The notes under the pieces are model-generated. The model was not told where the DNA came from, did not search any database, and saw only the letters and a program-made list of their open reading frames with translations. From the IMG/VR virus record IMGVR_UViG_3300044448_005373, positions 1-33,437 of that record: a stretch of DNA of 33,437 nucleotides; one strand, written 5' to 3'. A program made the position numbers and the translations under genes. Positions 9,615 to 18,736 of the stretch are shown in pieces; position 1 is the first letter of the stretch; each line of letters begins with the position of its first letter. Source of the DNA: a virus (taxonomy: Duplodnaviria > Caudoviricetes).

Positions 9615-12600
9615 ATGCCGCCCGATCCGCAGATAAGTTATGACTCGTTTCTTGAGTCGCTACGTGAATACGATACTCCTGCGCAATCACTAAGTTACGA
9701 TTCTTTTCTTGCCGAATTGCAAGCCAACCGACCCTTGTCGGAAGAGGAATTCGTGGAACGCCAAAAGCGCCTCGATGCTAGAGGCAAATGGGAATCCACT
9801 GGTGCATTCATAGGTTCCGCAATGGGGGCAGTCGGAGAATTCTTTTCCGGGGCGAAAGATTTCATTGTGGAAGAAGCGGCGCCTTTTTCGAAGGCATTGG
9901 TGCGTGGTTCACCTGAAGCAAAGAGGGCAATAAAGTTGGCGGGCAAGGGCGGAATGAGGAATACCAAGAACTTCCTCAAGGACGTCAAAGGGTCGTTGAT
10001 GGACGAATTTGGCGATTACGATCAACCGACTGAATGGAAAAGGGAGTATCAACGTTATTTGCGGAACTATAAATCCATGCAATACCGTGACCTTTTGATG
10101 GAGTCATCTCCATACAAGAAGACGATTGCAATGGGTGAGTTCGTCGCAGACCCAATTAACTTGGTGCCAATGGGAATGGTTTTCTCTCCCGTTGGCAAAG
10201 TGATCAAGGGCGGGGTGCGCAAAGGCATTAAGTTAGGCGCGGCGGGAACGGGGAAATTAGTGGCAACACCTTCGGCATGGGTGGGGAAAAAGATGGAATA
10301 CGTTGCCGGAACGCCGAAACGATGGACGGAATCGGTTTTGACCAAGATGGGCATGGAAGGCGCCGCACCTGCCCTGCAAGGAACTTATTTGGGTGGAGCA
10401 GTGCTTGGGGCATTTCAACCAATTGCCCTTCCTTTCACGGCATTGGCGGGCGCGCAATACTTGGGCAAAGGATTAGCCAAGGGAGCCGAAGCAACCCGTG
10501 ACGTTCTCAAGGTATTTTCCACTCCGAGCGGACAAACTCGTTTTTTGTCAAGATTGGCGGCGGACAAGTCAGTTCCATCCAACTTGCGCTCAATGGCGGC
10601 ATTTGCAGACAGGTACAAGGGGACGCAGGTAGGCGACTACATGTTCAACGTCCTGGCGGACGGTGTATCTGCGGGAGCCATAATGTCCGCCTTCAATGCC
10701 GCCGCAGGGCATACGAGCGCAGAGGAAATGGGACAGTCGTTCGGACTTGGTTTTGCAATGGGCGGAACTTTGTTTGCCCCGTTTGGAACAAAGGGCGCGG
10801 GGAAGACTACTCTCGGAGTGGACAAGAGGGGGAAAATGACTCCTCGATCCAAGATCACCGTGTCGAACTATTTGGAAAACAAGTTGTCGAACGAACAACG
10901 CAAGTTGCAGGAGGCGTTGCCAAATTCCTTCCAAGTGGCGATTGCCACCAATGACGCAGTAGGCACCTCCGGTGTATCGGTAAACGTTATGGAACCGAAG
11001 GAATTGATGGATTTGGCAAACGAATCAATCAAGGCGAGGAATGAAAAGGCGCTAGAGGAAGGCAAGGAACCGGAAGACTTGTTGGAACATGCTCCGAAGG
11101 GTTGGGTGGACAGACAGACGCGCACCATATTTCTCAACAAGGAAAGAATAGGCGCCGCCTCCCGTGAAGGGTTTGAAATGTTTCTGCACGAAATGGGGCA
11201 CATCGAGATGATGGACTGGATTAGTCGTGATCCTGCCGCATTGGAAATGATGCTGGACGAGTTCCATGACCCTGACGGTGAAGTGTTCCACATTTACGGT
11301 AACGATGGCACCATATTGCGCGAGGTTACCCTGAACAAGGAAGCAACCGAAGTCTGGAGGGATTACAACCGTACCCAGAAAGGCATAGAGATTGGTCGGG
11401 ATGCCGAAGCATTGATGCACGAAATCTTTGCCGATCAATACTCGATGGCATTTCACAAAGACCCGAACGTTTACGAGTCTTTGCACCCCACGATGAAAAG
11501 CGCCCTCTATAATTCAATGAGGAGACTTTTGTCATCGGTGGGAATAGTTGACCCAAGGACGGGGAATTTGCTGACCAATACGATTTCCACCCAACTAAAG
11601 AAGCATCCGGCAATTATCCAGCACATTCGCAACTACAAGAAGGCAAAGGAAACTTATACCTCCTTGAAGAACAAGATGATCGAGGAAGGTTTGCCAGTCA
11701 CCCCGCACAAGGGGCAAACGTCGGGTGAATCATTTGCGGAGAAGTTCGGGGGTGTGCCGATAACGGATCGTCAGTCCAAACAATTTGTTCTTTCCGATAG
11801 AGTTACCCGCAACGAATTGAAGGATTCCATCGAGGATGGAGCCATTGAAAAAGCGGAAGCGATACAAGCGAAGGAAGAAGCGGAGGTTGCGGCGGCGGAG
11901 GCAAGGCAAGCGAAAGATCAAGCGGAAGCGTCTTCTGCGGATGAATCAGTCAAGCAAGCGGCGAGGGATGCGGAACGCATTGCGCAGGAAAAGTTGACTG
12001 CCGCTCAAGATGCGGTGAAGAAAACGGATTACGTCGGACTTGGCAAAGGCGAGGAAGGCAGAACTTTGTCCCAACGAATGAAGGACTTGTTCACGAAGGG
12101 GCAACCAGACAGTCCCGTTGCCAGGGTAATAGATCTCCTTCAAGAAGCGATAGATAACAGGTTTTCCATAGCGTTTGGTTATCGAAGCGGGAAGCGTCTT
12201 CAAAGGTATAATAAGTTTTACTTGAGGGATATCACCCTGTGGGGTTGGCAAATCTCTCCGAAGTCAGGGAAGTTCCGAAGTCTGAGGGTGATGGGCTGGA
12301 ACAATGCGGTTATTCGTGAAAACGTGAAGACCTTGATCGACGAAGGATTCATCACCAAGAAAAGCGCCGACGAATTCATGCGAGAGTTTGAGGTTGCTTC
12401 GGAGAAAGCATTGACTGATCCGGAGGGCAGGATCAATCCGCTGGGATTTGGGGAGAATCTCAAGGAGAACGAAATCATGGCGGCAATCCTTGGGATGGAA
12501 TCAATTTCCAAGGGTGAAGCGCACACCGTGTTCAAGAACAAGCGCCTGGCGGACTTCTTTACGGAGCAAAACGAACTCAGGGACACTCAACGTTCCCTGA

Positions 12601-15600
12601 AGAAAGCGATTGTGAGCTACGATGCGGAGGCATTGGCAGGCGCGGCTCCCACGGGAAGAAAGGGTACTGGGTTTGATTACTATAACGTAAAAAACAACTA
12701 CATGCCCGCAATGCCCGAAGCGCGTGAAGAAACCATCCCGCTTCCATTCATCGAGGACTTGGGCGGCGAGGATGCGGCGGCAGGGTTCCGCAGGGTGGCG
12801 ACTGACAAGATGCCCAAGAGTCAGTATGAACGTTTCCAGAAGGGCATTACGGAGAAGGAACAATTCGAAGCAATGGGCAACCAGTCTCAGGTTCAACCAT
12901 TTCAGCCGAGGTTTCCGCAGGGAGAGAGGCAGTACATGCCTGCGGAGGGGGATGCGTGGAGGGCAAAAAAGGGAGGGGAAGTAGGAAAAAACCAAGAGTT
13001 TTACAAGGGTGGGCAATTCCTTCCTAGCACCACTATGCCCAAGGGACTACGAGAAAAAATCAAAAAACAGGCAACTGGAAAGGTTGAATACGATAATTAC
13101 AAGTGGACAGTTCCAGAACCCGGAAAGATGCCTATTCTTAAAATGTGGAATCAGTTCCAGAATTTGGATAACCCAAATATTGCATCAAACCTATCACCCG
13201 AAGATATTGCATTTTATACAGAGATGAAGTCTCGGTGGGATGCAGGCGAAAGGTGGATTGATGCCTACGAATTTCCTCGCGCAGTCGGCCCCAAGGATGC
13301 CGCAAGAATGTACGAAGCAGGGATGGAAGTTACTCCAGAGATGTTAATTGATCCGCAGGGCGAAACAAAATGGTGGGCGGAGCCATATCAAAAATATCCG
13401 CAGGGGGCTAGAACACCCGGAGGAGATCGCCAGTACATGCCTGCCGCCTACCACGGCACCCCACATACCTTTAAGGCAGAGGAAGGCGCTCCTATGGGTC
13501 GCTTTCGGTCTGCGCAGATAGGAACAGGCGAAGGTGTGCAGGCATACGGTCACGGGCTGTACTTTGCGGGCAAGAAGGAGGTGGCGGAACACTATCGACG
13601 AGCTTTGGGATATGACCCTGAAAAGCAGAAGGTGAACGGCAGACAGATTAACGAGGAATATAATCGATTTGTTCGAAAGCCAAACCCCACTTCGGAGGAC
13701 TACCAAATCGCCGAAGGTCTTGAGAGACTAATGATGCACGAAAGCCCAGAGGACGTGGTGAAATATTTCAAGGAGTGGGATTACAGCAAGAAAGCTATCA
13801 AGTATTTCGAGGACATCGACTACGAGACTTTCGGCAGTCTCTACAAAGTCGAACTCGCCCCCAAGGAGAACGAGTACCTGCTATGGGACAAACCCTTGAG
13901 CGAGCAACCCAAGGGGGTGAGGGAGGTTGTAGAACCCATTTTTGAAGAGGGAGGTCTTGGGGCTTTTATTTGGGATGACAACGCCCCCAGTGGTGGGTTG
14001 TTTTACGATGCTCTGAAAAATTTCATCGAGCAAAGCAGGAACGATTCTGATTTCTTTGATATGATACCAGAGTCCCTTCGGAATCGAAAAGACTTTCAAA
14101 CTTCCCCATCGGATCAACTGGCGTCCCAGTATCTTCTGGAAGCAGGTATACCCGGCATCAAGTATCTGGAAGGAGCGTCACGGGCCAAGGGCAAGGGTGA
14201 TTACAACTACGTCATCTTTGACGAGGGGGCAGTCACCATCACCGAGAAGATGTTCATGCCTGCGGCGAAGAACATGCAACAGGCAGTCAGGCAGGGACAG
14301 AACGGTGATATCCCGAACGCCGCAATTGAGATTTCCCCCCGACTGGCGAAGAAGTTATTCATGCCTGCGGCGGCGGCATATTTCGATCCGGGGTTTTCTC
14401 CGGAGACTTACGTTGGCAAAAAGGCGTTCCCCATGATGGCAGATCGAATGAAGACTGGCACCTACGTCACACGCAGTGGCAAGGAATTCGAACTACGTGG
14501 TGGCCCCGATCACCCAGATATGCCCATCAATCAAGGCAAAGTGGGGTGGGCATCAATGGATGGTTCGCAAAAAACGAATCTGCAAAATGCAATCAACCGG
14601 ACGGACGGAGTGGGTTTGGTCGTTTTAATGAACGAAGAGGCAGTTGCCAGTAACCGCACTTTTGCCCGCATTCTTATGGATGAACTAAAGTACGATTTGG
14701 AGAATACTCCAAAGGCGGCGCGTAGACAACCCAAGCAGATAAGGGATTCCGCAACTGCGGTTCGCAAGTGGGCGAGGAAGAAAAACAAGCCGAAATACAA
14801 GAAATTCGCCCCGGAGAATTTAAAGGAAATCGAGGAACTATACCCCACCATGTCGTTTGACGCGCGCAAGTTATTTTTCAGCAGACTTGCATCACAAGAG
14901 TATAAGAGCAAGGGAGGCATTTTTTGGCGTGACCTTTACCGTGACCTTATCACCTACAAGAACGAGGACGGTTACAGGACTGGTGACATCGTGAAGGTGA
15001 TCCAGTTTGAACAAGGAGAGAACACCACGGTCAACCTTGCCGACTTGGGGATTTCCCCCGACCCGACCTATGACGTGTCGTTTGCGGGTAAAAGTATCAG
15101 CAACGTCAAAGGGAGGGTATCGGCGTTTCAGGTATTCGGGGAAGCATTTAGCAAGATGGCAGAGGAAAAGCCAGGTAGGGGAATTACTCCGGAAGGCGGG
15201 GTTGGGCCGCAGGCATTTCGCAGTATGCAAACGCGCTCCTTGACCGATCCTATATTCATTAGAGATATGCCACCCGGATCGCTGGAAGCGAAGTCCTATG
15301 ACCCGATTCAGTTTAAGGCAAAGACTGGCCCTGAACGAGCTAGTCTTGAATTGAGGGAGAAGATGTTCATGCCTGCGGAGCAAGCGGGCGCGCCCAAGGA
15401 TAAACTTGTGGAAGCGGACAGACTATGGGAGAAGAAGGGAGTGAAGTCACCCTATTTCAAGAAATGGTTCGGCAAGTCCAAGGTGGTTGATGAGAACGGT
15501 GAACCGTTGGTGGTCTATCATGGAAGTCCTAAACAGGTAAATATTGATGTTTTTGAGAGGCAACCCCCAAAAGGTGAAACGAGTCCACACGTATGGAATG

Positions 15601-16043
15601 AGTTAGGTTTGGCTTTCTTTTCAGACTCTCCTGACATAGCTAATATGTATACGTTTGAAAACACATGGGAAAGACAATTAACTGGGTCTGTTTATCCCGT
15701 TTACCTTCAAATAAAAAACCCAAAGCAAATCAATTACCAGTCGATGTATGGTTTTGGAAAAGGAGAGATTTGGAGATTAAAGCGAGAATCCCAAAAGAAG
15801 GGGCATGATGGTTTCAAGATTAGTCGATTAGACGAAGGGTTTGATTATGTGCCTTTCGAACCCACGCAGATCAAATCGGCAACGGGCAACCCAGGAACCT
15901 TCGACCCGTCCGATCCGAACATCATGTACATGCCTGCGGGCAAGGCGGGCAAGGGTGGTCAGGTCACTTCGCAACCCCGTGGAGGAAGCGCATACTTCCC
16001 CAAGACCACCCAACGGGAACGCAAGGAATTGCACCCCCGCTAA
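9615..16043 (+). CDS. large polyvalent (ejected) protein: zincin metallopeptidase plus two ADP-ribosyltransferase-like domains
   Basis: ATG at 9615 directly follows the upstream stop; HEMGH at 11187-11201 with downstream HEIFAD; YHGTPH..GTGEG..YGHGLYFA domain (~13449-14250); FKKWFGKSKVVDENGEPLVVYHG..QIKSATGNPGTFDP ART-PolyVal-like domain (~15440-15925). Confidence 0.8.
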   Translation: MPPDPQISYDSFLESLREYDTPAQSLSYDSFLAELQANRPLSEEEFVERQKRLDARGKWESTGAFIGSAMGAVGEFFSGAKDFIVEEAAPFSKALVRGSPEAKRAIKLAGKGGMRNTKNFLKDVKGSLMDEFGDYDQPTEWKREYQRYLRNYKSMQYRDLLMESSPYKKTIAMGEFVADPINLVPMGMVFSPVGKVIKGGVRKGIKLGAAGTGKLVATPSAWVGKKMEYVAGTPKRWTESVLTKMGMEGAAPALQGTYLGGAVLGAFQPIALPFTALAGAQYLGKGLAKGAEATRDVLKVFSTPSGQTRFLSRLAADKSVPSNLRSMAAFADRYKGTQVGDYMFNVLADGVSAGAIMSAFNAAAGHTSAEEMGQSFGLGFAMGGTLFAPFGTKGAGKTTLGVDKRGKMTPRSKITVSNYLENKLSNEQRKLQEALPNSFQVAIATNDAVGTSGVSVNVMEPKELMDLANESIKARNEKALEEGKEPEDLLEHAPKGWVDRQTRTIFLNKERIGAASREGFEMFLHEMGHIEMMDWISRDPAALEMMLDEFHDPDGEVFHIYGNDGTILREVTLNKEATEVWRDYNRTQKGIEIGRDAEALMHEIFADQYSMAFHKDPNVYESLHPTMKSALYNSMRRLLSSVGIVDPRTGNLLTNTISTQLKKHPAIIQHIRNYKKAKETYTSLKNKMIEEGLPVTPHKGQTSGESFAEKFGGVPITDRQSKQFVLSDRVTRNELKDSIEDGAIEKAEAIQAKEEAEVAAAEARQAKDQAEASSADESVKQAARDAERIAQEKLTAAQDAVKKTDYVGLGKGEEGRTLSQRMKDLFTKGQPDSPVARVIDLLQEAIDNRFSIAFGYRSGKRLQRYNKFYLRDITLWGWQISPKSGKFRSLRVMGWNNAVIRENVKTLIDEGFITKKSADEFMREFEVASEKALTDPEGRINPLGFGENLKENEIMAAILGMESISKGEAHTVFKNKRLADFFTEQNELRDTQRSLKKAIVSYDAEALAGAAPTGRKGTGFDYYNVKNNYMPAMPEAREETIPLPFIEDLGGEDAAAGFRRVATDKMPKSQYERFQKGITEKEQFEAMGNQSQVQPFQPRFPQGERQYMPAEGDAWRAKKGGEVGKNQEFYKGGQFLPSTTMPKGLREKIKKQATGKVEYDNYKWTVPEPGKMPILKMWNQFQNLDNPNIASNLSPEDIAFYTEMKSRWDAGERWIDAYEFPRAVGPKDAARMYEAGMEVTPEMLIDPQGETKWWAEPYQKYPQGARTPGGDRQYMPAAYHGTPHTFKAEEGAPMGRFRSAQIGTGEGVQAYGHGLYFAGKKEVAEHYRRALGYDPEKQKVNGRQINEEYNRFVRKPNPTSEDYQIAEGLERLMMHESPEDVVKYFKEWDYSKKAIKYFEDIDYETFGSLYKVELAPKENEYLLWDKPLSEQPKGVREVVEPIFEEGGLGAFIWDDNAPSGGLFYDALKNFIEQSRNDSDFFDMIPESLRNRKDFQTSPSDQLASQYLLEAGIPGIKYLEGASRAKGKGDYNYVIFDEGAVTITEKMFMPAAKNMQQAVRQGQNGDIPNAAIEISPRLAKKLFMPAAAAYFDPGFSPETYVGKKAFPMMADRMKTGTYVTRSGKEFELRGGPDHPDMPINQGKVGWASMDGSQKTNLQNAINRTDGVGLVVLMNEEAVASNRTFARILMDELKYDLENTPKAARRQPKQIRDSATAVRKWARKKNKPKYKKFAPENLKEIEELYPTMSFDARKLFFSRLASQEYKSKGGIFWRDLYRDLITYKNEDGYRTGDIVKVIQFEQGENTTVNLADLGISPDPTYDVSFAGKSISNVKGRVSAFQVFGEAFSKMAEEKPGRGITPEGGVGPQAFRSMQTRSLTDPIFIRDMPPGSLEAKSYDPIQFKAKTGPERASLELREKMFMPAEQAGAPKDKLVEADRLWEKKGVKSPYFKKWFGKSKVVDENGEPLVVYHGSPKQVNIDVFERQPPKGETSPHVWNELGLAFFSDSPDIANMYTFENTWERQLTGSVYPVYLQIKNPKQINYQSMYGFGKGEIWRLKRESQKKGHDGFKISRLDEGFDYVPFEPTQIKSATGNPGTFDPSDPNIMYMPAGKAGKGGQVTSQPRGGSAYFPKTTQRERKELHPR
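12699..15939 (+). repeat. seven dispersed [YF]MPA junction repeats (core CATGCCTGCGG)
   Basis: Copies near 12699, 12930, 13431, 14244, 14349, 15357 and 15924; 14244-14265 and 15357-15378 are identical over 22 bp. Confidence 0.9.
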
Positions 16044-16066
16044 CCCCTCCGAACGGGGGTATTTTG
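16043..16066 (+). terminator. probable intrinsic terminator of the late operon
   Basis: ACCCCT-CCGAAC-GGGGGT hairpin followed by ATTTTG directly after the stop codon. Confidence 0.5.
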
Positions 16067-16078
16067 CTCACCGTTTCG

Positions 16079-16284
16079 TCCACAGAATATCCACAGAATG
16101 TCGCACTTGCCTGTTGTTTCCTGCATTCCTTTGCACACTATGGCATTTTTGTAACTTCATGTAATCAGGTAAGTTGCATAACATTCAACGACTTACGGAA
16201 ACACTTTCTTTAGTTTTCGATTCCCGCCGCCCGCACCAGTGTTTATGCGGGTTACAGCAAACCGTCCACAGTTGTCCACAGAAT
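16079..16284 (+). repeat. integrase arm-type direct repeats TCCACAG(AAT), two on each side of the att core
   Basis: TCCACAGAAT at 16079 and 16090; GTCCACAG at 16264; GTCCACAGAAT at 16274. Confidence 0.7.
16216..16238 (+). mobile_element. attP core = 3' end of a tRNA (probably tRNA-Leu)
   Basis: TTCGATT-CCCGC-CGCCCGC-A-CCA = T-loop, 3' T-stem, acceptor strand, discriminator A and CCA, with no 5' half; 117 bp upstream of the integrase; implied 5' end GCGGGCG is Leu-like. Confidence 0.85.
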
Positions 16285-16354
16285 CTAGGGTTGACTTGAC
16301 CGTTTTCCCCAACAGGTTGAAAGGTGAACTTAACCTTCAACTAGGGACAACGAA

Positions 16355-17524
16355 ATGAGCAAATCCAAGCCCGTAAAAATAACCGAACTTAAACATGGCA
16401 AGCGTATAGTGTGGCGCGTCACCGGAACAATTCGGGGTGAACGAATAGACAAAAGATTTCCCACCAAAGGTGAGGCGAAGGCATTTGCCGAAGCGCAGGA
16501 ATTGGCGCGTACCGCACCAGTCGGAAGACACACCATTGACACACATCTTTCTTACCCTGAAATCCATGATGCCGAACACGCATTGGAGTTACTGGACGGG
16601 AAAGGGAAACTCACTGATGCAATCAACTTCTTCAATGCTCATTACGTGGACAAAGGCAAGTGCGTGACGATGAAGGAAGCGTTTGATCTATACACCACCG
16701 AGAGGGAATTCGAAGTTAAGGCGAAACTGATCGAGTTGCCGACCTTTCGAACTTCGGGGTATAGGGTGGCCCGATTCGTCAACTGGGTGGGTGAGGGCGA
16801 ACTTGTTACTAGTTTCAATACCAAGACAATTGAGGAATTTCTAAGGTTTACTTTTACCTCCCAAAAGACTTACGAAAATATTCGTGGATCAATTTCCCAT
16901 TTCTGCAAATGGTTGTTGAAGGAAAATTATATCGCAAAGGATTGGGTTTTGGGTGTGACCTCCTACGGCAAAAAGATCAAGAAGGCGCGAGGGGTGGCGG
17001 AAACCATATCGGCGGAAACCGCAGAATCGTTGCTTCGTGAGGTGGAGCAATTCGAAGGCGGCAAATTGGTGCCTTTCGTAGTCCTTGCCCTTTTTTGCGG
17101 ACTGCGACCTGACAAGCGTGGAGAAAGCGGCAAACTAGACTTCGGTTTGCACGTTAACATAGATGCAGGAGAAGTGACCGTCACCCCTGAAGTGTCCAAG
17201 GTGGATGAGTTGCGATACACGCCCATTCCAGAAAATGCCCTTGCGTGGTTGCGTAAATTTCAATGCGCAGGCGCGCCCGCCAAGGTTAATAACTTCCAGA
17301 GGTCATGGGACAAAGTGAGGGCGAAGTTTGACATACCTCACGATGGATTGAGGCATTCGGCTATTACCTACTACTTGAAGTTAGGTAACTCGATGGAGGA
17401 AGCGGCGGAAATCTTTGGTAATTCAGAAACGATTATTCGTAAGCATTATCGTGATGCCAGCCGCACCAAGGAGGAGGCGGAACGTTTCTTCTCGATCCAT
17501 CCCTCCGACGATGGTGGGGCGTAG
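16355..17524 (+). CDS. int: tyrosine recombinase (phage integrase)
   Basis: Catalytic pattern GLRP, SK, HDGLRHS, and IRKHY; N-terminal arm-binding-like domain; adjacent to attP. Confidence 0.93.
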   Translation: MSKSKPVKITELKHGKRIVWRVTGTIRGERIDKRFPTKGEAKAFAEAQELARTAPVGRHTIDTHLSYPEIHDAEHALELLDGKGKLTDAINFFNAHYVDKGKCVTMKEAFDLYTTEREFEVKAKLIELPTFRTSGYRVARFVNWVGEGELVTSFNTKTIEEFLRFTFTSQKTYENIRGSISHFCKWLLKENYIAKDWVLGVTSYGKKIKKARGVAETISAETAESLLREVEQFEGGKLVPFVVLALFCGLRPDKRGESGKLDFGLHVNIDAGEVTVTPEVSKVDELRYTPIPENALAWLRKFQCAGAPAKVNNFQRSWDKVRAKFDIPHDGLRHSAITYYLKLGNSMEEAAEIFGNSETIIRKHYRDASRTKEEAERFFSIHPSDDGGA

Positions 17525-17538
17525 CTGATCAAGTTCGC

Positions 17539-18174
17539 TTAGTCAACGGCGTGGTGGTCTTTGCTCTGCTCACGGGCATCAAGCTCAAACCACTCTTGCC
17601 GTTCTTGCGCCTTTTTGGCAAGAAGTCCCACAACCTTGAGCCCAGCGAAGAACCGTGTTTGCCCAAGGTGGTTTTGCAGATTCTCTGAAGTCCACCAGTC
17701 AGCCACTTGGTTCGGCTCCATTGTGGTACCTGTAAACTTGTGCCAAGTTTTTAGAAACTGGCGCGAGGCATGAACCAAATCCATTTGGTCACTACGCAAA
17801 TCCGTTAAGTGTTGCCGATATTCCTTCCGCTCACGCAATCCGAATTGACGAAGTTTTTCGTTTTCCACTTCTAGGGCGATAGTTTGGTCAGTCAATTGCT
17901 TAACCCTGAGTCGTTGCTCGCCCACCATTTTCAGGAGGCGGGCAGTATCCGCTTCATATAATTTGTTTACTTCAATATTTTCACCCCACAATCGGATGCC
18001 GTTCCAACTAACGAAACTCGCAATCAGCGCCACGAAACAAAAGAAAGCGAGCGCATAGGTTCGCCAAAAGTTTCGAGCGTTGTCGATCAAGGATCGGTTT
18101 TCGTGAATTTTCTCCGCCAATTCCTCGACGCTTGGATCGGAGGTGGATGAGAACTTTGTACCCTTACTAGTCAT
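17539..18174 (-). CDS. lysogeny-module membrane protein (TM plus coiled coil)
   Basis: ATGA-coupled to the upstream RHH gene (start MTSKG at 18174); TM segment YALAFFCFVALIASFVSW. Confidence 0.65.
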   Translation of the reverse strand: MTSKGTKFSSTSDPSVEELAEKIHENRSLIDNARNFWRTYALAFFCFVALIASFVSWNGIRLWGENIEVNKLYEADTARLLKMVGEQRLRVKQLTDQTIALEVENEKLRQFGLRERKEYRQHLTDLRSDQMDLVHASRQFLKTWHKFTGTTMEPNQVADWWTSENLQNHLGQTRFFAGLKVVGLLAKKAQERQEWFELDAREQSKDHHAVD

Positions 18175-18410
18175 TTTGTGCCTTTCTGATTTTTCTTTTT
18201 TAGTAGTTGGCGGGCGAGCTGGGTTACTGCCGGAAGATCGGGCTGTTCTTCCTCGCTTTTCACGGTTTCGACGAATCCTTCTATGATCCATCTGTAAAGA
18301 TAAGATTTCTGAACACCGAGCAAATCGGCGATTTCATCAACCTCGTCTTTGGTTTCCCGTGTGAAGCGGACTGTGGCATGGATTGTTTTGTTCACCTGCA
18401 TAAAATTCAA
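18171..18410 (-). CDS. ribbon-helix-helix (CopG/Arc-like) regulator, putative immunity repressor
   Basis: HATVRF strand followed by helices ETKDEVDEIADLLG and KSYLYRWIIE; leftward gene of the divergent pair. Confidence 0.7.
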   Translation of the reverse strand: MNFMQVNKTIHATVRFTRETKDEVDEIADLLGVQKSYLYRWIIEGFVETVKSEEEQPDLPAVTQLARQLLKKKNQKGTK

Positions 18411-18559
18411 TTGAGGAAAGTTTTAGTCAATACATTAAAAGTACCGAGAAGTACCGCACTAGATGTTTATTGTGTCAATATGCAATCATAAATACCTAAA
18501 ATCTTTTGTGTATAAGTTTAGTTTGCAAGTGTGTTCGTTTGTGCTTTTTGGTGTGAAAC
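18411..18559. promoter_or_regulatory. divergent lysis/lysogeny control region
   Basis: AT-rich gap between divergent regulators; AAGTACCG at 18439 and 18449; GTCAATA (TATTGAC on the minus strand) at 18426 and 18474. Confidence 0.6.
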
Positions 18560-18736
18560 ATGAAACGAACCCCCAAGAACCGAAAACTAACCTCAAAGAT
18601 AAATTTCAAACTTCCTGCGCATCTCCATGACGGGCTAAGGAAGAAGGCATTTGAGGAATACGACTCGGTGTGCGCCTTGATACGCCGAGCTATCGTGAAA
18701 GCGTATCCTGATCTACGGGAAAACGACGATGAGTAA
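18560..18736 (+). CDS. 58-aa ribbon-helix-helix regulator in the Cro position, not in the ORF track
   Basis: MKRTPKNRKLTSKINFKLPAHLHDGLRKKAFEEYDSVCALIRRAIVKAYPDLRENDDE*; overlaps the start of the next gene. Confidence 0.75.
   Translation: MKRTPKNRKLTSKINFKLPAHLHDGLRKKAFEEYDSVCALIRRAIVKAYPDLRENDDE

Noticed and set aside
9634-9711. SYDSFL tandem duplication at the start of the giant protein
   Set aside because: Real, but a short diverged two-copy peptide repeat of a kind common at ejection-protein N-termini.
12699-15939. CRISPR array or DGR template/variable repeat
   Set aside because: The repeats are short, irregularly spaced (about 100-1000 bp) and in frame within a CDS; no cas or reverse transcriptase gene and no adenine-specific mismatch pattern.
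3184-16034. Many minus-strand ORFs opposite the structural genes
   Set aside because: Shadow frames of long + strand genes, with no independent coding signal.
16216-16238. Complete tRNA gene
   Set aside because: Only the T-loop to CCA is present; upstream sequence cannot form the 5' T-stem, D arm or anticodon arm. It is an att core.
16079-16284. DnaA boxes / replication origin
   Set aside because: ATATCCACA and TTGTCCACA each differ from TTATCCACA by one base, but paired placement around the att core fits integrase arm sites better.
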